Position numbers and translations under genes: made by a program
From: Succinimonas sp.
GTDB taxonomy: Bacteria; Pseudomonadota; Gammaproteobacteria; Enterobacterales; Succinivibrionaceae
DNA length: 64,000 nucleotides
NCBI RefSeq assembly: GCF_045124755.1
Contig: NZ_JBGVMK010000082.1
Direction: 5' to 3' (one strand)
Notes under the pieces: model-generated
Told to the model about the DNA's origin: nothing
Database searches by the model: none
The model's input: the letters and a program-made list of their open reading frames with translations, nothing else
Part shown: piece by piece, positions 39,123 through 50,441 of the stretch
Layout: each line of letters begins with the position of its first letter
Position numbering within the stretch: the first letter of the stretch is position 1

Positions 39123-40328
39123 TCAGGCAAACACCTTGGCAAGAGCCTTCTTGTATCTGGCAAAGCCTTCCTTGATATCTTCATCAGGAATGTTAAGAGC
39201 CGGAACCGTTCTTATAACATTATGACCCGCGGTAAGAACAAAAAGTCCCTCCTCCAGACAGGCCTTAAAGATATCCTTTTGCTTGTCGCTCTTTTCCGGA
39301 GTAAGCTCAGCCCCGATAAGAAGCCCCATGCCGCGCACTTCCTTGAAGCAATGGAATTCATCATTAAGTTCCCGATAAAGCTTACGGAAGAGCTCGGCTT
39401 TATTTTTAACCCCGTCAAGGAATTCCTGATTATGAACCAGCTCAAATGACCGGCAGCCTACGGCAGTGGCCAGAGGATTTCCGCCGAAGGTGGTACCATG
39501 CACGCCAGGCTTAAAGGTTTCCGCAATCTTATCGGTAGTGAGCATGGCCCCGATAGCGATACCGGCTCCCAGCCCCTTGGCCGAGGTCAAAATATCAGGC
39601 ACTACCCCGTAAGCCTCGTAGGCATACATATAACCGGTACGGCCAAAACCAGTCTGTACCTCATCATAGATAAGAAGAGCATGGTTTTCATCACAGAGTA
39701 TTCTGACAGCCTGAAGATATTCCCTGTCAGCAGGAACAATGCCGCCCTCACCCTGAATAGGTTCCAGCATTACCGCGCAGGTTCTTTCTGAGATTACTGC
39801 TTTAAGAGCTTCCAGATTGTTAAACTCCACATGAATAACTTCTCCCGGAAGCGGCCCGAAGCCAGTGCGGTACTTTTCCTGTCCGCCCACAGTTACATCA
39901 AACAGCGTGCGGCCATGGAAGGAATTCTCAAAGGAGATTATCTGATCCTTTTCCGGGCCGTAGTTATCATAGGCGTATCTTCTGGCAATCTTAAGGGCAG
40001 CTTCGTTTGCCTCGCCGCCGGAATTCGCAAAGAACACCTTATCAGCAAAGGTGTTTTCCACCAGATACCGGGCCAAACGAATGGCAGGCTCAGTGCACAT
40101 ATAGTTTGAAATATGCCAAAGCTTATGAGCCTGTTCTTCCAAAGCCTTAACAATTTCAGGATGACAGTGCCCCATAACATTGACCGCTATACCGGCCGCA
40201 AAATCAATGTACTCATTATTCGCATCATCCCAGAACCGCGAACCCTGGCCCTTAACCGGAATAAAAGGAGCCGGGTTATAAACATTCATTTCATAACGGT
40301 TGAAATCCGCTCTTGTAATATCGGACAT
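39123..40328 (-). CDS. argD: Acetylornithine/succinyldiaminopimelate aminotransferase
   Basis: Strong identity with E. coli ArgD (FIPVKGQGSR.WD; EPIQGEGG; DEVQ.G.GRTG; PDILTSAK.LG.G; GTTFGGNPLA). It neighbours crp as in E. coli. Confidence 0.9.
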   Translation of the reverse strand: MSDITRADFNRYEMNVYNPAPFIPVKGQGSRFWDDANNEYIDFAAGIAVNVMGHCHPEIVKALEEQAHKLWHISNYMCTEPAIRLARYLVENTFADKVFFANSGGEANEAALKIARRYAYDNYGPEKDQIISFENSFHGRTLFDVTVGGQEKYRTGFGPLPGEVIHVEFNNLEALKAVISERTCAVMLEPIQGEGGIVPADREYLQAVRILCDENHALLIYDEVQTGFGRTGYMYAYEAYGVVPDILTSAKGLGAGIAIGAMLTTDKIAETFKPGVHGTTFGGNPLATAVGCRSFELVHNQEFLDGVKNKAELFRKLYRELNDEFHCFKEVRGMGLLIGAELTPEKSDKQKDIFKACLEEGLFVLTAGHNVIRTVPALNIPDEDIKEGFARYKKALAKVFA

Positions 40329-40577
40329 ATTTCTGTTGTCACCTATATAAAATCACAGGACTCAAAGCTCAGGATCTGCCTGAACATCCAAAAAACCCCC
40401 ACATTATACCTGTATTCCGGATGACCGGGAGATGCCGGATCTTAAATTGTATAAAATACTCGCTCCGGGACAGCAGGCTCCCCGGATCTGCGAATATCGA
40501 AGGGGCTGAAAGAGAAAGAAAAGGAGAAAGATAAAAGAGCAGTTTGAAAGACGCCTGACAAAACCGCAGCGGGAGCA

Positions 40578-43500
40578 TTATTTTATGATGTTATCCCCCG
40601 CATTCGCGTTACCCCCTCTGTTATGCTCGCTATCCTGCGAACAATACTTCCCAAGCTCCTCTTTGAGACGTCTTTCATGCTCGCCGGGAATGCCGGCAAA
40701 TCCTGCCAGCATGAGATAAATTCCGGGAACCACAAAAACAGTAATCAGGGTAGCGGTACCCATGCCATAAAAGATCACCGCCCCCAGAGCCTGCCGGCTT
40801 TCGTAGCCGGAACCCTTGGCAAGAATCAAGGGCAAAGCGCCGATTATCGCAGTAAGAGAGGTCATGAGAATAGGTTTAAGACGTCTGAGCGATGCTTTTT
40901 TCACCGCATAAAACACCGATTCTCCGTCCCTTCTCAGCTGATTGGCAAATTCCACAATCAGAATGCCGTTTTTGGTAACCATGCCGATAAGAAGCAAAAG
41001 ACCGATTTCACTGTAGATATTAAGAGAAATGTTCATAATCCAGAGCCCCATAAGACCGCCGGAGAGTCCCAGGGGGATGGTCACCATTACTATAACAGGA
41101 TACAGAAAGCTTTCAAACTGCGCTGCCAGCACCAGATAAGCCACCAGCACCGCCAGCCCTAAAACCACCGCAAGCTCATTCTCGCTTTCCCGGAAATGCC
41201 GGGATTCCCCGTTTAACGCCACGGACATGGAAGGCTCCAGATTAGCAGAGCTCCATTTATCCATCCAGTCCAGAGCCTGCCCCAGACTAACACCGGATGC
41301 CGGATGAGCGCTGATGGTTATCGCCTTGTCCCGGTCAAAGTGCGGCAGCTTCTTCGCCCGGGATTTCAGATCAAAGGACGCCACACTGCCCAGAGGAACC
41401 ATTTCACCATTGGCAGCCCGAATATTAAGGGTGCTTATGGAATTGATATCCCGGAACTGATTTTCCGGAGCGCGAATGTAAACATCATATTCCTCGCCCT
41501 TGTCTGCAAAGGTAGTATGGCTGGTACCTCCTAAAGAGGTCTGCAAAGCCTGGGAAATGTTAAGAAGAGGTACTCCCAGTACCGCAGCCTTGTCCACTTT
41601 AATGGTAACTTCCACTTCAGGAGTGTTTTCAGAATAGTTGGTATCGGCATTTATCAGGATCCCGGCTTTTACCGCATCTGCTATCAGCTTGCGGGTAATC
41701 CGGTCAAGATCCCGATAATCATTGCCCTTTAGAACATACTTTACGGGACTTCCGGAGGTTCCCTTAAACCCCGGCTCATATACATGAAGAGTAAGACCGG
41801 GAACATCGGTAAGCTTATTCTTAATCTCACGCATAAGTTCATGAGAATTTTTATTCCTCTTATCCCAAGGTGCCAGCTGGATAACCACAAACCCGCTCTG
41901 ATCGGTTCCAGCTCCTAAGGAAGGGGAACTAAAGCTTACAGAAGATACCTCCCCGGTTTCCAGATACGTCAAAAGAAATCTCTCAATCTCAGACATTTCT
42001 CTTTTCATACGATGAATGCTGGTGCCTTCGCCGCCGCCGGCATAGATGTAGATAACCCCGCGATCCTCCTTGGGCACAAACTGATGCGGCACAGCGTCAT
42101 AGAACAGAAACACCGCAGAGACAATGACAGTCAAAATGGCCGGGTACAGCCACAAACGGCGCAGGAAAAAGAGCAGCGCTTTTTCATAAAAAATGAGCAG
42201 CCATTTCATAATGAAATTAAAGAACCGTACCGGATTGTCGTTCTCTGCGTCGCTTTCTGTGCTTTTCTCTACACCATTCTCTGTGCCGATCTCTGCACCG
42301 TTCCCTAAAACATGCTCTTTTTCACGGTCCTGGCATATCTTCCCTGCTTTCTCATCATTCTTCCCTGCTTTACTTCCTGTTCTGAGAGGTTTCAGAAAAA
42401 TGCTGGAAAGAGCCGGGGACAGTGTCAGAGCAATTACCCCGGAAAAGAATACCGCGAGGGACATCATGACGGCAAATTCAATAAACATGGCCCCGGTGAT
42501 GCCCTGCATGAATATCAAGGGGAGAAAGATCATAATGAGCACCAGCGTAGTGGCCACAATGGCAAAGCCCACCTCCTGGGCTCCCTTCCATGAAGCCGCC
42601 AGAACGCCCATACCCCTCATGATGTGATAGGAAATGTTTTCCACCATGACGATGGCATCGTCTACCACCAGACCTATAGCCAGAATCAGGCTTAACAGAG
42701 TGATGAGGTTAATGGAAAAGCCCGCAAAGTACGCTCCGGTAAATGCGGCTATAAGAGATACCGGAACCGTCACTGCGGGAATCAGGGTAGTTCTCCAGGA
42801 GCCAATAAATAAATACAGCACCAAAATCACCAGAAGAGCGGTCAGAGCCAGAGTCTCATAAACCTCGGAAATAGAATTCCGAATGTAAACCGTGGAATCG
42901 AAATCAACTTCGAGTTCGGAGCCTTCGGGCACAAAACGCTTTAATTCCTGCACCTTTTTACGCACGCTGGCCGCCACATCCAGAGGATTGGCCGTGGACA
43001 TGGGGACTATGCCGATACCGATACTGGACATGCCGTTACGGTGATAGACGCTTTCTTCATTTTTGGCCTGAATGCCTACCTCGGCCACATCCCGGAGTCT
43101 GATGGTGCCCTCTATGCCGTCATGGCGAATGGGCAGGAGAGCAAAGGATTCAGCATCTACATAAACCCGCTTGATCTCCACCGGAAAATACATGTCATCA
43201 TTTCTGATTTCACCGCTGGGAAGTTCAATGTTTTCATGGCCGATGGCAGAAATTATGTCTTCCACGGAAACTCCCAGGGCGGTCATCCGGGCGGGAAGAA
43301 GACGAATGTACATCACCTTTTCCAGAGCTCCTACCGTGGTAACCTGGGAAACCCCGTCAAGCATGCTGATATTGCGCACCACAAACCGTTCGGCATAATC
43401 GGAGAGCTCAATGCGGTTCATTACCTTGCTGGACAGATTGAGCCAGAGCACCACCTCGCCTTCGCCGCTGTCCCGGGCCACCACGGGTTCATCTATTCCG

Positions 43501-43862
43501 GAGGGCAGCTTCTTCCGGGCCCGGGACACGGCATCTCTGACATCGGACACCGCGGACAGCATAGAAGCATATTCGTTAAACTCAATGCCAATCCAGGTCT
43601 TGCCGTTTCTGCTTATGGAAGATATTTTTACCACCCCGGAAAGCGTGGAAAGTTCGTCTTCGACAATTTTGGTTACTCTGCTTTCCATAACCTCGGGTGA
43701 GGCTCCGGTATAGGTTATGGATATGGAAACCAAAGGACGGGAAACATCAGGAAGCTCCCTTATGGGAAGCCTTAGAAAGCAGATAAGACCGAAAATGGTA
43801 ATAAGGATACTGAGCACCAGAGCAAAAACCGGTCTTCTTATGGATATTTCACTCAGGATCAC
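40578..43862 (-). CDS. RND efflux transporter permease (AcrB/HAE1-like)
   Basis: 1094 aa. N-terminus ISIRRPVFALVLSILI. 12-TM/2-loop architecture. DDAIVMVENI motif. Confidence 0.9.
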   Translation of the reverse strand: MILSEISIRRPVFALVLSILITIFGLICFLRLPIRELPDVSRPLVSISITYTGASPEVMESRVTKIVEDELSTLSGVVKISSISRNGKTWIGIEFNEYASMLSAVSDVRDAVSRARKKLPSGIDEPVVARDSGEGEVVLWLNLSSKVMNRIELSDYAERFVVRNISMLDGVSQVTTVGALEKVMYIRLLPARMTALGVSVEDIISAIGHENIELPSGEIRNDDMYFPVEIKRVYVDAESFALLPIRHDGIEGTIRLRDVAEVGIQAKNEESVYHRNGMSSIGIGIVPMSTANPLDVAASVRKKVQELKRFVPEGSELEVDFDSTVYIRNSISEVYETLALTALLVILVLYLFIGSWRTTLIPAVTVPVSLIAAFTGAYFAGFSINLITLLSLILAIGLVVDDAIVMVENISYHIMRGMGVLAASWKGAQEVGFAIVATTLVLIMIFLPLIFMQGITGAMFIEFAVMMSLAVFFSGVIALTLSPALSSIFLKPLRTGSKAGKNDEKAGKICQDREKEHVLGNGAEIGTENGVEKSTESDAENDNPVRFFNFIMKWLLIFYEKALLFFLRRLWLYPAILTVIVSAVFLFYDAVPHQFVPKEDRGVIYIYAGGGEGTSIHRMKREMSEIERFLLTYLETGEVSSVSFSSPSLGAGTDQSGFVVIQLAPWDKRNKNSHELMREIKNKLTDVPGLTLHVYEPGFKGTSGSPVKYVLKGNDYRDLDRITRKLIADAVKAGILINADTNYSENTPEVEVTIKVDKAAVLGVPLLNISQALQTSLGGTSHTTFADKGEEYDVYIRAPENQFRDINSISTLNIRAANGEMVPLGSVASFDLKSRAKKLPHFDRDKAITISAHPASGVSLGQALDWMDKWSSANLEPSMSVALNGESRHFRESENELAVVLGLAVLVAYLVLAAQFESFLYPVIVMVTIPLGLSGGLMGLWIMNISLNIYSEIGLLLLIGMVTKNGILIVEFANQLRRDGESVFYAVKKASLRRLKPILMTSLTAIIGALPLILAKGSGYESRQALGAVIFYGMGTATLITVFVVPGIYLMLAGFAGIPGEHERRLKEELGKYCSQDSEHNRGGNANAGDNIIK

Positions 43863-44986
43863 AGAACTGCATCTCCTGTCCGGTTCTTTTTGCGGAGGGG
43901 CACATCATCAGAAAGCTCTTCCAGTGTTTTTTCATCGGAAAGCACCCGGACACGATCTCCGTCCGACAGCTTCTCAATACCTTCCGAGACTACCTGCATG
44001 CCGGGTCTTATGCCATCAAGAACTGCGGCAAAGGATCCGGTCACCGGCCCCAGAACGATGCGCCGCCGGGATACCGTGCCGTCCTTGTTCAGGATAAATA
44101 CATAGCGATCATCGCCCTGGTACCATATTGACTTGAGAGGAATAATCGCATATCTCCCGCCAAAAAGGCTGAGCTCGATTTCCATCATCATGCCATCAAG
44201 AAGCCGGACATTGTCATTTTTAAAAAAGACCCGGATCTTGATAGCCAAAGTGTCGCTTTTAACATGAGTGTCGATCTCCCGCACCACCCCGTTAAACTTT
44301 TCATTCGGCCAGGCTTCGGCAGTGCCTGTAACCTTCTGCCCCGGAACCAGCTGCGACATAAGCCGCTCCGGAATGTTGAAATCCACATAAACCTCAGAGA
44401 GGTCATCAAGCTGCAAAAGCACATTTCCGGGCTTAACCAGTTCTCCCGGAGTAAGACGGTGCATGCTTAAAACACCGCTGAAGGGCGCGTAGATCTTTCT
44501 TTCCTCAAGAGCGGCCTTTCTGGCTTCCACCACCGCCTTCTGCTGCTCGGTTTCCGCCCGGAGCTGCTCCATGGAATCAAGACTGACCACCCCCTTACTG
44601 TTAAGCTTCTGCATCATGGAAAGGCGTCTTAACTGATTGTCAAGCCGGACAGTCTCCTCCCGAAGCTTGGCTTCCTCCATGCCATGATCGAGCTCAATAA
44701 GAAGCTGCCCTTTTTTAACAGCCTGAGCCGAAGACACATGGACTTTAGAGATGCGAGCGGTAACCTCTGGGGTGATTTCCACGGATTTGCTGGCAAAAAC
44801 ACGGCCTACCAGAGGAAACACGAGACCGCTTTTCTGATCCTTTACCGGCACCACCCGGACGCTTTTTTCCAGAGCGGCGGGGCTCGCAGACTGCGGAGCT
44901 CCCCGATGCAGTATCCCGAAGGTATAGCAGTACCAGGAAATGCCCGCAGCAATCAGAAAAAGAAGAAAGGCCAGCGCTTTTTTCAT
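43859..44986 (-). CDS. RND efflux periplasmic adaptor (membrane fusion protein)
   Basis: HlyD/MFP features: signal-anchor, coiled-coil, IYAPFSGVLS lipoyl motif. 4-nt overlap with the RND gene. Confidence 0.85.
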   Translation of the reverse strand: MKKALAFLLFLIAAGISWYCYTFGILHRGAPQSASPAALEKSVRVVPVKDQKSGLVFPLVGRVFASKSVEITPEVTARISKVHVSSAQAVKKGQLLIELDHGMEEAKLREETVRLDNQLRRLSMMQKLNSKGVVSLDSMEQLRAETEQQKAVVEARKAALEERKIYAPFSGVLSMHRLTPGELVKPGNVLLQLDDLSEVYVDFNIPERLMSQLVPGQKVTGTAEAWPNEKFNGVVREIDTHVKSDTLAIKIRVFFKNDNVRLLDGMMMEIELSLFGGRYAIIPLKSIWYQGDDRYVFILNKDGTVSRRRIVLGPVTGSFAAVLDGIRPGMQVVSEGIEKLSDGDRVRVLSDEKTLEELSDDVPLRKKNRTGDAVL

Positions 44987-44989
44987 AGA

Positions 44990-45991
44990 TCAGTCAGGAA
45001 GCACAAACCCTACAGCGCTGTATGCTTTTCTGAGAGTTTCATTGGCCTTGGCATGAGCCTTTTCCGCGCCGATCTTAAAGATGGAACGGAGATAAGCCTC
45101 GTCCTCGCGATATTCGCGATACTTTGCCTGGATGGGTTTCAGGAATGACACCACTGCCTCGGCGACCTCAGTCTTGAGATGGCCGTACATCTTCCCTTCA
45201 AAATGAGTCACCAGTTCCTCAACAGGGGTATCGGTAACAGCGCTCATAAGATCCAGAAGATTAGAGACTCCGGGCTTGTTTTCCCAGTCATAGTGTACCA
45301 CCGGCGGGTTGTCAGAATCGGTAACAGCCTTCTTCAGCTTTTTGGCCACTGAGTCCGGATCCTCAAGAAGAGTAATGACATTGTTGCGGTTATCATCAGA
45401 TTTGGACATCTTCTTAAGGGGATCCTGAAGACTCATAACCCGGGCGCCAGACTTGGGCACATATCCCTGAGGCAGCGTAAAAATATCGCCGTAAAGCTGG
45501 TTGAAGCGATAGGCGATATCCCGGGTAAGCTCCAGATGCTGCAGCTGATCCTCTCCCACTGGCACCAGATCCGCCTGATACAGAAGAATATCCGCCGCCA
45601 TCAGCACCGGATAATCAAAGAGTCCGGCAGTAACATTGTTCTCATAGCGCTTTGACTTATCCTTAAACTGCGTCATTCTGGTAAGCTCGCCCATCTGGGT
45701 ATAGCAGTTAAGCACCCAGGCAAGCTGCGCATGGTCAGGAACCTGTGACTGCAAAAAGAGAGTGCTCTTTTCCGGAGTGATACCCACGGCAAGATAAATG
45801 GACAAGGTGTTATATATGGCATCATGAAGCTTCTTGGGATCCTGACGCACGGTAATGGCATGGGCATCCACCACACTGAATGTGCAGTCATACTCGTCCT
45901 GCATTTTTACCCACTGTCTGAGAGCGCCGATATAATTTCCAATGGAAAGCTCCCCTGAAGGCTGAGCGCCGCTAAAAACTTTTTTCTTCAT
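44990..45991 (-). CDS. trpS: Tryptophan--tRNA ligase
   Basis: [15 protein letters not shown] (HIGH-like region) and KMSKS motif (KKMSKSD). Confidence 0.95.
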   Translation of the reverse strand: MKKKVFSGAQPSGELSIGNYIGALRQWVKMQDEYDCTFSVVDAHAITVRQDPKKLHDAIYNTLSIYLAVGITPEKSTLFLQSQVPDHAQLAWVLNCYTQMGELTRMTQFKDKSKRYENNVTAGLFDYPVLMAADILLYQADLVPVGEDQLQHLELTRDIAYRFNQLYGDIFTLPQGYVPKSGARVMSLQDPLKKMSKSDDNRNNVITLLEDPDSVAKKLKKAVTDSDNPPVVHYDWENKPGVSNLLDLMSAVTDTPVEELVTHFEGKMYGHLKTEVAEAVVSFLKPIQAKYREYREDEAYLRSIFKIGAEKAHAKANETLRKAYSAVGFVLPD

Positions 45992-46002
45992 GAATTCAGT
46001 CC

Positions 46003-46695
46003 TTAATCTAAACCGCTGATTAATACCTTAATCGCTGCAAAATCATCAAAAACATAATCCGGGCCGGAATCCTGAACCGGCTTCCCCCGGTTATAGCCAT
46101 AAGTAAGGGCAATACTGGTCATCCCGGAACGCCGGGCCCCCAGAATATCATTAGAGGAATCCCCTACCATCACGCACTCCTCAGGCTCCGCATGCATCAT
46201 TGCGCAGGCATAAAGGAAGGGCTCGGGATCCGGCTTTTTATTACCCAGCACATCTCCGCCCAGCGTAAAAACGAAGTATTCAAGGAGTCCGGCTTTTTCC
46301 AGAACCGGTCTCACAAAAACATCGGGCTTATTGGAAAGAACTCCCAGACTGATGCCGGAATTCTTAAGATATGAGAGGGTTTCAGGCACTCCGGGATAAA
46401 TGCTTTCCTTGCAATCACAACATGAAGCATAGGTGATATTGAATCCTTCGCGGGCCCTTTTAAGAAGATCCTTATCCACATTGGCAAGATCCGGATCCAT
46501 GGTTCTGGTAACTGCCCGGGCCAGAAGCATCATGGCACCGTTTCCCACAAAGGATCTGGTCATCTCCTGAGTAATCTCCGGGAGACCGACACTTTGAAGA
46601 GCTCCCAGAACGGCCAGATGCAATGAAGGAACGGTATCGGCCAGAGTGCCGTCCAAATCAAAAAGCATGGCCTGGGGCCTGCGGGTAAGAATCAT
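46003..46695 (-). CDS. gph: Phosphoglycolate phosphatase (HAD)
   Basis: [14 protein letters not shown]...GNG...VGDS.NDI..AR..G. It lies in the rpe-gph-trpS order. Confidence 0.85.
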   Translation of the reverse strand: MILTRRPQAMLFDLDGTLADTVPSLHLAVLGALQSVGLPEITQEMTRSFVGNGAMMLLARAVTRTMDPDLANVDKDLLKRAREGFNITYASCCDCKESIYPGVPETLSYLKNSGISLGVLSNKPDVFVRPVLEKAGLLEYFVFTLGGDVLGNKKPDPEPFLYACAMMHAEPEECVMVGDSSNDILGARRSGMTSIALTYGYNRGKPVQDSGPDYVFDDFAAIKVLISGLD

Positions 46696-46696
46696 A

Positions 46697-47350
46697 TTAA
46701 CGGGAAAGTTCCTGACGCATGGCAGAAATCACCTCCGTATAGGAATCACTGCCAAAAATAGCGGAACCAGCCACAAACATATTGGCCCCGGCATCAGCAA
46801 TCTCCCGAATATTGGAGACCTTTACTCCGCCATCCACTTCAATGGTAAAGTCCTCCGGAGCAACAGCGCGAAGACTCTTGATCTTTTCAAGCATGGCCGG
46901 AATAAACTTCTGCCCCCCGAAACCGGGATTCACTGACATAACGCACACCATATCCAGCTTATCCCAGACATAATCAAACCAGGAAAGAGATGTCGCCGGA
47001 TTAAGAGCAAGGCCTGCCTTAATGCCAAAGCTGCGAATAAGAGAGAGGGATCTGTCAACATGCTTAGCGGCTTCCGGGTGGAAGGTAATGCTGTTGGCTC
47101 CGGCACGGGCAAAACTCTCAATAAGTTCATCCACCGGAGACACCATGAGATGCACATCAACGGGAGCAGTAATGCCGTACTTTCTAAGAGCGGTTAAAAT
47201 CGCGGGGCCAAAGGTCAGATTGGGAACGTAATGGTTATCCATGACATCAAAATGAATAACATCGGCTCCGGCCTCCAATACCGAGCGAACATCATCTCCC
47301 AGCCGGGCCAGATCCGCAGACAGAATTGAAGGAGCAATTAAATACTTCAT
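46697..47350 (-). CDS. rpe: Ribulose-phosphate 3-epimerase
   Basis: [21 protein letters not shown]....[22 protein letters not shown]. Start at the internal Met (47350). Confidence 0.95.
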   Translation of the reverse strand: MKYLIAPSILSADLARLGDDVRSVLEAGADVIHFDVMDNHYVPNLTFGPAILTALRKYGITAPVDVHLMVSPVDELIESFARAGANSITFHPEAAKHVDRSLSLIRSFGIKAGLALNPATSLSWFDYVWDKLDMVCVMSVNPGFGGQKFIPAMLEKIKSLRAVAPEDFTIEVDGGVKVSNIREIADAGANMFVAGSAIFGSDSYTEVISAMRQELSR

Positions 47351-47378
47351 ATATACCTCAGCGCTTCCAAAAGCCGCA

Positions 47379-49268
47379 TTAATGAGACGTTTCCTTATTA
47401 ACCTGCGAAACCTGTTTGGACCAGGGCTTGTTAGCTCTGATATCAGCAGGGAATCTGCTCTTGGCAGCCTCGGCCTCGGATCTGCTGGCAAAGTCCCCGT
47501 ATACCAAAATATAGTCATTGCGTTCCGGACGGAAAAGTATCCAGCCGGACTTAAGACGTTTTCTGAGCTTTTCGACTCCGGCCTTGTTGGAAGCTATAAG
47601 CTGCAAGGTGTAATGGTTTCCGGGCAGCGTGGAGAATTCCACATCCGGCGATTTGGGCATGGGGAGAGAAGGCTTGTCATCCTTCTTGCTGTCAGTCTTC
47701 TTAGCTGCATTGTCAGATTTTTTAGCGGTATCATCGGACTTGGCAGTCTTCCCGGAATCCTTATCCTTGCCGCCGTTCAGCACCACCGGAGCATTTCCTG
47801 AATCCTTAGACGAATCTTTAGATGAAGTCATATCAGGAGCTTTATTGGCAGAATCGCTCTCTTTCTTCTGAGCGTTTTCAGTCTTAGGCACTGAAGGCTT
47901 CTTTCCGGAATTATCCTTGTTATTCGTTTCCTTTTTGCCTGAAGACGCCGGCTGGTCTTTCTTGCTGTCTGAAGTGCCAGCATTTTCAGGAGGGACATTC
48001 TTTACCTCAGGCTTGTCAGCCGGAGTGTTATTTGCGGCAATCAGAGTACCATCAGCGGTATTATCATTTTGCTGGGCAAGAAGTGAATCATTATCCTTTT
48101 CAGTGCCCGATGACATACCGGAAGACAAATCTCCCTCTGCCTCGCGCTCGGCAGTGCTGATGGTATTTTCAGTAATAACCAAAGCTTTATCACCGGTGTT
48201 ATCATCATCGGTAATAAGCACTATGGATTCCGTGCCCTCATCGGAGCTTCCGGAGGCAGTCTGTCCGTTGTAATCTTCCTGAATAATTACCGGGGTGCCT
48301 TCGTCTCCTGCAGGGTTAATAACCACCACCGGATTGAGATCAGTTCTTTGATGATTGAGCTCCGGCCCAAGCTTAGCGGAATCCTGAGAATCGGCCTTCG
48401 GAATAATGAATTCGTCAGTTTCCTTAAGAGCGACGTTAATCTTGGGATCGGTATTATCAGCGCTTCTCGTGGCATAAACACCAGCGCCAACGGCCAAAAG
48501 TACCAGAGCGGCACCTGCGATAATGAAATCCATTTTACGGCTGGGCTTCTTGCCGGAAGCCTGGGATGCCTTTCCTTCCTGAGCATTAGCAACAGGATTG
48601 AGTCCTTTGGAAACTGCCTCCACTATCTTTCTGATTTCGCCGGGATTAGTACCGCAACAATAGATATCATAGAATCCCTTGAGTTCCTTGTCCGACAAGG
48701 CAGGCATGCCGTAAAAACGTCTGTAATAGGTTATCAGTGTCAGAGATTCCGGCAATGTCAGCGGCTGTATTTCCATTTCCACTGGCTGAAGGCCTTCCTT
48801 CTTGACCTTACGGGCTTCGGAATCTGACCAGGCCTGCGAGGAGGTAAGAATTACCGAAAACACTCCCTGGACTGCATAGGTGCGGTAAACCTGAACAATA
48901 TCATCAAAAAATTCCTGAGGCGCCTTATCAATGTCATCAATAACGATAAGAACTCTTTTAGGCCCGAAACCCATTCGCTGAACCGTGCCCAGAAGATGAT
49001 CCCCAGCATTAAACACGATATTGCCGGAAAGCTGCTTCAGGAGAATCTCACGCAGCTTTTCCACAGAAAGCTTTTCCTGACAGGGAACAAAGGCGCAGAC
49101 AAAGGAGTCCTCATCCATGGATGAAATTAGCTGCTCGCTAAATACGGTCTTTCCGCTTTCAAAGGCTCCCGTAACAAAGACCAGCGGTGTCCCCACAGTA
49201 ATCTGATATTTAACTCTCTCCACCAGAGAATTCTGACTTGTAAGTCTGGGCAGTTGTTCTAAAGCCAT
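47379..49268 (-). CDS. damX: DamX-like SPOR-domain protein with N-terminal P-loop (AAA-like) domain and long low-complexity linker
   Basis: C-terminal SPOR-like HYTLQLIAS......L......[24 protein letters not shown]-terminal GAFESGKT Walker A. Position is between aroB and rpe. Confidence 0.7.
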   Translation of the reverse strand: MALEQLPRLTSQNSLVERVKYQITVGTPLVFVTGAFESGKTVFSEQLISSMDEDSFVCAFVPCQEKLSVEKLREILLKQLSGNIVFNAGDHLLGTVQRMGFGPKRVLIVIDDIDKAPQEFFDDIVQVYRTYAVQGVFSVILTSSQAWSDSEARKVKKEGLQPVEMEIQPLTLPESLTLITYYRRFYGMPALSDKELKGFYDIYCCGTNPGEIRKIVEAVSKGLNPVANAQEGKASQASGKKPSRKMDFIIAGAALVLLAVGAGVYATRSADNTDPKINVALKETDEFIIPKADSQDSAKLGPELNHQRTDLNPVVVINPAGDEGTPVIIQEDYNGQTASGSSDEGTESIVLITDDDNTGDKALVITENTISTAEREAEGDLSSGMSSGTEKDNDSLLAQQNDNTADGTLIAANNTPADKPEVKNVPPENAGTSDSKKDQPASSGKKETNNKDNSGKKPSVPKTENAQKKESDSANKAPDMTSSKDSSKDSGNAPVVLNGGKDKDSGKTAKSDDTAKKSDNAAKKTDSKKDDKPSLPMPKSPDVEFSTLPGNHYTLQLIASNKAGVEKLRKRLKSGWILFRPERNDYILVYGDFASRSEAEAAKSRFPADIRANKPWSKQVSQVNKETSH

Positions 49269-49361
49269 TTTAGTACCTGATTAAGTTATTTTTTGAACAG
49301 TTTCCGACCGTTTGCATATTATAAAGTGAAAGCACCCCTTGTGCATAAAACTCAGCAAAAA

Positions 49362-50441
49362 TTACCCCACGGCTTCCAGCGCTTCCGCATCTGTAACATC
49401 ACGGTAGAGAGAAACATGCCCAAGAGAGTCCGGAATGATGTAGTTAATGTGCCCCTGGCGATTCTTTTTATCGTGAATCATAAGCTTCAGAAAGGCTTCC
49501 CCGGGCATAGATTCCGGCCGGGAAACCGGGAGACGGTTTTTAGCAATAAGAGCCCGAATTCTCTCAAAATCCGCAGCGGAAATCTTTCCTCTCTTGAGCG
49601 CCAAACGAGCAGCCATCACCATGCCGGCAGCCACTCCTTCACCGTGCAGCCAGACGCCATAGCCCATAAAGGTTTCAATGGCATGACCGAAGGTATGACC
49701 CAAATTCAGAATGGCTCGAAGTCCGCCCTCGGTTTCATCCTGATGCACCACCTCGGCTTTGATTTCACAGCAGCGATAAACCACGTGAGACAGAGTTTCC
49801 AGATCCTGAGCCCAGATCTTGTCTGAATTATTCTCAAGATACTGAAAAAATTCCGGATCCCAGATAATGCCATACTTGATAACCTCAGCCATGCCGGCGG
49901 CGATTTCACGTTCCGGAAGAGTTTTGAGAGTGTTCAAATCAATGATTACGGCCTTAGGCTGGTAAAAGGCGCCAATCATATTTTTTCCCAGAGGATGATT
50001 GACCGCAGTCTTGCCGCCCACTGATGAATCCACATAAGAAAGCAGAGTAGTAGGTACTTGGATAAAATCAATGCCGCGCTGATAACACGCTGCCGCAAAA
50101 CCGGACATATCACCAATAACACCGCCACCCAAAGCAAAGATCGTGGAATCCCGGCCGGCGGAATTTTCCAGAAGGAAGGTCAGAATATCGTTGAAATGCT
50201 GGAGATCCTTATACTGTTCACCATCAGGCAAAATACAGGATAAGGCTTCAACACCAATTGACTTCAAAGCATTTTTAAGGGGTTCTCGATACCACTTTTG
50301 CACGGTTTCATTAGTAACAATGACCACCTTGCCTCTCTTCACCAGACAATCCTGCCACAATTCAGGAGAAGCAAGAGCTCCGTCTGCAATAAAAATGGGA
50401 TAGCTGCGCTCACCTAAATCAACGATCAACTTTTTCAACAT
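49362..50441 (-). CDS. aroB: 3-dehydroquinate synthase
   Basis: GERSYPI.I..G......GGGVIGD..GF.AA.YQRG...IQVPTTLL..VDSSVGGKT..N; HTFGHAIE. Confidence 0.95.
   Translation of the reverse strand: MLKKLIVDLGERSYPIFIADGALASPELWQDCLVKRGKVVIVTNETVQKWYREPLKNALKSIGVEALSCILPDGEQYKDLQHFNDILTFLLENSAGRDSTIFALGGGVIGDMSGFAAACYQRGIDFIQVPTTLLSYVDSSVGGKTAVNHPLGKNMIGAFYQPKAVIIDLNTLKTLPEREIAAGMAEVIKYGIIWDPEFFQYLENNSDKIWAQDLETLSHVVYRCCEIKAEVVHQDETEGGLRAILNLGHTFGHAIETFMGYGVWLHGEGVAAGMVMAARLALKRGKISAADFERIRALIAKNRLPVSRPESMPGEAFLKLMIHDKKNRQGHINYIIPDSLGHVSLYRDVTDAEALEAVG

Noticed and set aside
40449-40459. A GTAT-AAA-ATAC palindrome upstream of argD, considered as a possible ARG box.
   Set aside because: It matches the TGAAT-N4-ATTCA consensus poorly, and I cannot score it without a matrix.
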